From IMG/VR virus record IMGVR_UViG_3300049491_000955, positions 1-64,000 of that record: DNA of 64,000 bases. One strand, written 5' to 3'. This document shows, piece after piece, positions 58,913 through 64,000 of the stretch (position 1 is its first letter; every line of letters starts with the position of its first letter). The translations under genes were made by a program, and so were the position numbers. The stretch comes from a virus. Under the pieces are notes generated by a model. The model had not been told where the DNA came from and did no database searches. It saw only the letters and a program-made list of their open reading frames with translations.

Positions 58913-58996
58913 AATAAAGTTTCCAGTTGGTTTTTAAGATTTCCTTGTTTTCTAATGGTTTCAAGGATCAAATTTTCACCAACTGGAAACTTTATT
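58913..58996. repeat. Perfect 19-bp inverted repeat with 46-bp spacer
   Basis: AATAAAGTTTCCAGTTGGT ... ACCAACTGGAAACTTTATT. Confidence 0.85.
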
Positions 58997-59418
58997 GGTT
59001 TTTTTCTCAAAATTACACTTCAGTTTTTTGTTAAGATTTGTAACAAAAATAGTCAAAATCGCCGTAAGCTTTGCTGTATATAACTTGCGTAGAGTATTCA
59101 TGTATAATAAGTGTATTATAGGACATTGCACTCTCGTCACAGTGATCCTGTATATATAGTCCCTTACGTGACTACTGTTCGAGCTGATCTTAGTTCAAAT
59201 GTACTAATAAGAAAAGAGTCGATTTTCAAGATAGATCTTAGAATCCCAAAGATTGCACTCAAAGGCTTACAACTTGGTAGTCTTCTCCTCAGCAGGCAAG
59301 CGGCAAGCTTGGCACAACAGGAATGGCTCAATAGGACTTAGAAGCAACAGACAAGCCTTGCTGGGCAAAATAAACGCAGTAGAGACGCTGATTAATCGCA
59401 GACTGCTATCTGAAAGCT

Positions 59419-59796
59419 GACCAACTACTGTTCCACTGCCAGAATTCTGCTAGTTTACCCAAGAGATTTTGAGGATGTTTGAGGATGAACGCATTACCTG
59501 GCATACATTACAGGTAACTAACTTTAGAAAAATTTGACTAGTGTGACGGGCAAATAGCTCGTAATTGAGTTGGGGCGATCGCCTAACCGACTACTGTGAC
59601 ATCGCCAGAATTCTGCCAAGTTACCCAAGAGATTTTGAGGATGTTTGGAGATGAACGCATTAGCTGGCATACATTCCAGGCGACTAACTTTAGAAAAATT
59701 TGACTAGTGTGACAGGAGAAGACTGGGGAATTTGGTTGGAGCGATCGCTTGACCAACTACTGTTCCACTGCCAGAATTCTGCCCGTCACAGTAGTC
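59419..59796. repeat. 166-bp tandem repeat (~2.2 copies) with GTCACA(C/G)TAGTC motifs and HIP1 sites; putative origin B
   Basis: GCCAGAATTCTGC at 59438, 59604 and 59770; TTTAGAAAAATTTGACTAGTGTGAC at 59523 and 59689. Confidence 0.85.
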
Positions 59797-59878
59797 AGTT
59801 TGAAAAATTTTACAAAAGTATTGCCACAAGTAAGACAATAGTGATAAAGTAAAAAGATAAAGAGCAAAAAGAGCAGAG

Positions 59879-60763
59879 ATGACTATTTATTTTGTACAAA
59901 ACGAAAGAACAAAAAGCATAAAGATTGGATATACCAAAGGTAATTCTTCGGATCGATTAAGAACACTTCAAACAGCGTCTTGCGAAAAACTTTGTTTATT
60001 AAGTCAGATAGAAGGGGATATATTTTTAGAGAAACAATTGCATATTTTATGTATTGATTATCAAATTATGCTTGAGTGGTTTAAACCAGAATGTTTGTCT
60101 GCTTGTGAAAATTTTCTTAAAAAGCCAATAATCTTATGTTGTTATGAATTTGAAAAAGATTCTAGCTCAAATATTAGACCAAAAGAGAAATTCAGAAGAA
60201 CTAGAACAAGTAGAATAACTAGAGAAATGATGGACAAAAGTTTATTTAGTTTAGAGCAAGCTGGATTTGTCGAAGTTTTGGGTTACGAAGGTCTGTATTC
60301 TATAAATAAAAAAGGAAATCTTTTCTCTCATAAAACTCAGATATGGATGAAAGGATGTCAAAGATCTGATGGTTGCATGTGGGTTGGACTAACAAATTCT
60401 TCTGGTGTAACGAATAATCACAGAATCGCCAGACTGGTTTTATCAACTTTTGTTGAGCCTCGTCCTAAAGGCGATAGAATCATTCACCTTGATGGAAACA
60501 CACTTAACAACAACCTAGAAAACTTATCTTGGTGCTTTGGTGCTTTTATTCCTTGTTCTTTACCAGGTGGATCAAAAAGAAGGAATCACGATACAGATCG
60601 ACTAACAGATCAAGACGTTAGAGACGTTTTTTGGTTTGTCAGTACGAATGTACCTCGAAAAGAAATTGCAATTATGTATGGGATAACAGAACGGCACGTT
60701 TCCAATATTCAGGCTGGAAGAAGACGCTCCAAAGCTTTAGCAGGAATACATTCTTTTGGTTGA
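59879..60763 (+). CDS. Composite homing-endonuclease-like protein (T5orf172/GIY-YIG + NUMOD4 + HNH + HTH)
   Basis: IYFVQ...IKIGYT...RL..LQT; GYEGLYSIN..G; HRIARLV...F...IHLDGN.LNN.LENL.W; LT..DV...IA..YG. Confidence 0.8.
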   Translation: MTIYFVQNERTKSIKIGYTKGNSSDRLRTLQTASCEKLCLLSQIEGDIFLEKQLHILCIDYQIMLEWFKPECLSACENFLKKPIILCCYEFEKDSSSNIRPKEKFRRTRTSRITREMMDKSLFSLEQAGFVEVLGYEGLYSINKKGNLFSHKTQIWMKGCQRSDGCMWVGLTNSSGVTNNHRIARLVLSTFVEPRPKGDRIIHLDGNTLNNNLENLSWCFGAFIPCSLPGGSKRRNHDTDRLTDQDVRDVFWFVSTNVPRKEIAIMYGITERHVSNIQAGRRRSKALAGIHSFG

Positions 60764-60973
60764 GTTGGGGTGATCGCTTGACCAACTATTGTTTCACTGC
60801 CAAAATTCTGCTTGTCACAAAGCTTGGCAAGACAGTTAAGACATTAAAATATCTTATGCAGACATCTATTCACATAAGATATTTGTCTTGTATAATAAAA
60901 AGTGGTTTAAGCATTTCCACCGCAGATGTTAGCAATAGCATCTGTTTTTTTTGTAAAATTATAGAGAGAGGTT

Positions 60974-61678
60974 TTGTTTTTGAGCAAACAGATGAAAGAG
61001 CACTTAATAGAGAATTGGCTTATCTCTTCTAACGCAAGGCATTTTGATTTTGATCGGAATCAAATCAACCCCAAAAGTCTGCGAATGTTTTTAAATCTGT
61101 TATTGGCAACTGTGACAAAAAGACTTGACGTTTTAGAACAAGAAGTAGAAATTGCTGAAGCAATGCTTCTTGGAATAGATAAAGATTTAGCTCTTTTTGG
61201 AAATAGATTGCTTCAGCGATTTTTCAAAGATCTAAGGTTAGAAGAAGATTTGTATATAGGGTATTGCGATTTTCTGTTTTTTTCAGTAGAGAAAGCGATC
61301 AAATCTAAAACCTATAGTTATTTAGGGGAATTGATTTTAAGTACAGATGAGTGCAAGAAATGGCGAAAAGATATAAAAGAAAAGAGTACTGAAATTGATT
61401 TGATAATGGGCTGGCAACATCCGCTAAGTCGAGATAAAATCATTAATGGTAGTCAGTTCTTAAACAGTTGGGCTTACGCTTCTCTTTTTGCTGGATTGGC
61501 AGCGAAAAGATTGAAGACAGGTAATTCAGACAAAGCAGTTCACAGACTTATTCAAATGGGCGTGCTGAGAATAGAAGAGGCTTACACTCGACTGGCCTGC
61601 TGTAAATATTTGGATTCAGAATATTTGGAGCTACTGGAGGAGATTCAGCAAAAGCTTCAAGATCAAGTTTCTCGTTAA
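60974..61678 (+). CDS. Hypothetical protein
   Basis: ORF track. Confidence 0.65.
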   Translation: MFLSKQMKEHLIENWLISSNARHFDFDRNQINPKSLRMFLNLLLATVTKRLDVLEQEVEIAEAMLLGIDKDLALFGNRLLQRFFKDLRLEEDLYIGYCDFLFFSVEKAIKSKTYSYLGELILSTDECKKWRKDIKEKSTEIDLIMGWQHPLSRDKIINGSQFLNSWAYASLFAGLAAKRLKTGNSDKAVHRLIQMGVLRIEEAYTRLACCKYLDSEYLELLEEIQQKLQDQVSR

Positions 61679-61709
61679 TTATAAGCAAAGTGTTGCGAGT
61701 AGTCTTACA

Positions 61710-62216
61710 ATGGAGTATAGTAGAGATGAAGTAAAAAAGAAAAAAATGTTAGAACGAAAGATAGATACAAGACCGAGAGATTCTTTAGGTCGTTTAGTGC
61801 CAACAAATAACGCTAAAAAAGCAATTAATTTTAAGTTAAAACCAGATGTATTTGATTGGCTAAAAACAAAGCTTAGCTATACAACTTATGTAGAGAGCTT
61901 GGTTATTCAAGCAAAAACAGAAGAAGAAATGAATTCTTCTGTTAAAATTAATTATTTTGCTGAAAAACTAGCGAAAGTTTTTGAAGAATTTAAGGTAGTT
62001 GAAGAAAGCGAAGAATGGACTGATAATCTGCAAAAACTATTAGAAAAATTAAGAGATTACCGCGTAAAAGTTGCGATTAATAATTTCGATTCTTCTCAAG
62101 TGTTTTGCCCAGATTGTGGTAGCGACAAACTGACGAAAGATGGTACAACTCTTGTAAAAGATGAGCAGCATCAAAGATACAAATGTAAAGAGTGCCAAAC
62201 AAAATTTACTTTTTAA
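61710..62216 (+). CDS. DNA-binding protein with C-terminal IS1 InsA-like zinc ribbon
   Basis: CPDCGS..L.K.G.......QRYKCKEC...F; N-terminal RDSLGR and INFKL.PDV..WL. Confidence 0.7.
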   Translation: MEYSRDEVKKKKMLERKIDTRPRDSLGRLVPTNNAKKAINFKLKPDVFDWLKTKLSYTTYVESLVIQAKTEEEMNSSVKINYFAEKLAKVFEEFKVVEESEEWTDNLQKLLEKLRDYRVKVAINNFDSSQVFCPDCGSDKLTKDGTTLVKDEQHQRYKCKECQTKFTF

Positions 62217-62249
62217 AAAAAGCGGCTTCTTTTTGAAGCCGCTTTTTTT
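62214..62249. terminator. Bidirectional terminator
   Basis: aaaaaaAGCGGCTTCtttttGAAGCCGCTtttttt. Confidence 0.8.
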
Positions 62250-63144
62250 ATGCATTTATTCTGCCGATTGCTTGCTGAAAAGTATACATTATTTGGTAGT
62301 CTGCTAAAGCTTGCGCGGATGTCAAGCCTTGTCCTATACTATATCCGCCAGCGTTCCAATAAGAATATTGAACTATTCCGCTACTATCATTGTGAGCGAA
62401 CAGATATATGGACATATCAGTTAAAGCAGCAGAAGCAAAAGCAGTATCAACTCCTTGATTTATTCCGTTATAATAAATAGTTCCATTGTTGACAGCTATA
62501 TTGGAACCCATTAATTGTCCTTGCAAAAGAAAAGAATTTTCGTATAAACCTGCCGCAGATCCAGCGATACCAATATTATATTCCCATCTATTGGCAGCAG
62601 TATTGTGCCGCATAAAGAATCTATTGTTTGAGGCATTTGTACCTCCCAAAAGAGTTTTTACTGTTGTATTTCCTTGCATTACGCTAGTGTTCATGCCATA
62701 GACAGAAAGATGGCAATCAGTAATATTTCCACCTGGAATGTGTGATAAAGGAATAAATCCTGTTTGTAGATGTTTAAAAGCACTGCTGTTTGCTTTTAGT
62801 CCTCCAGTTTCACTGTAATCACCTTCAACGAAATTGACATTTGTTAGTTTACTTTGAACGCCTGCGGGGTATTTCAGTTTTATCAAAGATGCATTCAGAC
62901 TATTTCCGCAGAACAATCCTTTTTCTTGAATTCGATTCCATATTCCAGCTTGCTTGTAGGAAATTACTAATTTGTTGACAGCGTTTAAAGTCTTAACGCT
63001 TATTGTTCCTCCGTCAGCAATAATTCTATCTCTGTAATCAATAACTTCTGTGTCATAGACTATTGCTTGGGATGCATTACTTGCAATATGTTTTGTTCTA
63101 CTTCCTGGCATATTTTTAGGGTTTTCGTTTATCCAGTTTATCAA
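62248..63144 (-). CDS. Virion-associated lectin / LamG-like fibre protein
   Basis: GGTI....AV..LV...K..GIW....LF.G..L.A.L..LK; NFV.GDY.ETGGL.N....L.TG; YSIG.GLT..Q......FQ..IGR. Confidence 0.65.
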   Translation of the reverse strand: MINWINENPKNMPGSRTKHIASNASQAIVYDTEVIDYRDRIIADGGTISVKTLNAVNKLVISYKQAGIWNRIQEKGLFCGNSLNASLIKLKYPAGVQSKLTNVNFVEGDYSETGGLKANSSAFKHLQTGFIPLSHIPGGNITDCHLSVYGMNTSVMQGNTTVKTLLGGTNASNNRFFMRHNTAANRWEYNIGIAGSAAGLYENSFLLQGQLMGSNIAVNNGTIYYNGINQGVDTAFASAALTDMSIYLFAHNDSSGIVQYSYWNAGGYSIGQGLTSAQALADYQIMYTFQQAIGRINA

Positions 63145-63620
63145 ATAGATGCTTCTGTATAGATAGAAACACTAAAAGTTTGATCTGCATTTGGTGTAAA
63201 AGCAGATCTAGATTCAAGCAGTCCAAACAAAGCAGCTTGAGCATAGTTTGGACTGATTTGTAAAAATCTTCCAAAACTTCCTTCACAAGAAGCAAAATTT
63301 CCACTCTGTTTCCAGTCGGTAAAATCAATAACTCCAACAGGAGAAACATTCATTGTTAAGGGTAAATTGTCTACAGCTAAAAGAGTGCTAGCTGTTAGAG
63401 ACAGATGTAATCTTAACGCTTCAATATGTGAAGATTTATTGGTAACCAAATATACTCGTGACAAGTAAATACCAAGTGGATAGACTGACACAGGGAAATT
63501 TAAGCTTCTGGTAACAGTTGGAGAAATCACGTCTCCAATGGAGTAAGCCGTAGTATCTGATGGACGATTAAAGGTGTCAACAGAAGTACCAAGATCGTAA
63601 CAGCGTTTAATAGGAGTCAT
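63141..63620 (-). CDS. Putative virion protein
   Basis: RP.DTTAY..GDVI...LRLHL...DN.P...LFGLLE.R.AFTP. Confidence 0.65.
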   Translation of the reverse strand: MTPIKRCYDLGTSVDTFNRPSDTTAYSIGDVISPTVTRSLNFPVSVYPLGIYLSRVYLVTNKSSHIEALRLHLSLTASTLLAVDNLPLTMNVSPVGVIDFTDWKQSGNFASCEGSFGRFLQISPNYAQAALFGLLESRSAFTPNADQTFSVSIYTEASI

Positions 63621-63864
63621 AATAATCACTAAAAAGATCACAATATTATACTACATTTCGTCTTTGTTTTTATGCAAAACAAAGTAAATCAATTTAAATT
63701 TGTTTTGCATAAAAACAGGAACTTTCTTTTTATTTTCTCTTCAGTATTCTTTCTTTTTAATAATAATTTTTGTGGCATCATTTAGCTCTGTCTAGGTACT
63801 TGACTAAGAAGAACAGATTACATACTATGTAATCTCTACCCTTTGAAGTTAAGTGTTAGCAATC

Positions 63865-64000
63865 ATGTCAGCTAGTTTTTCACAAGTTTTAGATCAGGCA
63901 CAAAAGAACGTAGCCACTGCGACAAATCAGCAAAAAGAAATAAACATTTTGGCTGCTCATTTAAGTAGAGTTAAAGCGGATATATTGAGTGGATATAAAA
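63865..64000 (+). CDS. Hypothetical protein, truncated by the window edge
   Basis: MSASFSQVLDQAQKN... open to the end of the window; TTGACT..CATACT upstream. Confidence 0.5.
   Translation, partial: MSASFSQVLDQAQKNVATATNQQKEINILAAHLSRVKADILSGYK

Noticed and set aside
59190-59205. Cyanobacterial LexA box (AGTTCAAATGTACT)
   Set aside because: It mismatches the RGTACNNNDGTWCB consensus on both strands and is not near an obvious promoter.
59419-59796. CRISPR array
   Set aside because: The constant part is ~145 bp with only ~2 units, and there are no cas genes.
62100-62216. IS1 element
   Set aside because: Only an InsA-like zinc ribbon is present; there is no DDE domain, terminal inverted repeat or target duplication.
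1-64000. Diversity-generating retroelement, retron or intron
   Set aside because: No reverse transcriptase motifs; differences between repeat pairs are not adenine-specific; no interrupted core genes are seen.
1-64000. tRNA/rRNA genes, integrase, endolysin
   Set aside because: None recognised by eye. They may lie outside the window, and tRNAs could be missed without a scan.

Overview
This is a 64 kb, AT-rich slice of a large siphovirus-type phage, almost certainly of a cyanobacterium: about 40 HIP1 GCGATCGC octamers were counted by eye. It looks like a phage-plasmid. It has a cyanobacterial plasmid-type primase-helicase Rep, two non-coding origin-like regions that share a GTCACA motif, and a membrane/FtsK-VirD4-like transfer-type operon, with no integrase in view. 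A complete lambda-like virion gene set is present (TerS, TerL, portal, protease, decoration, major capsid, neck, tail tube, chaperone, tape measure, and tail tip genes M, L, K, I and J). It is scrambled over both strands and interleaved with self-contained moron-like cassettes. Also present are dcd, thyX, a Dam-type methyltransferase and a split C5 methyltransferase. The main oddities are: (1) a probable -1 frameshift fusing the portal to the head-morphogenesis ORF; (2) divergent structural gene pairs that share one CATG; (3) repeated duplication of gene 3' ends and flanks around small cassettes; (4) a tape measure carrying three enzyme domains; (5) the putative DNA-transfer operon. All product calls come from motif recognition by eye; no database searches were run.
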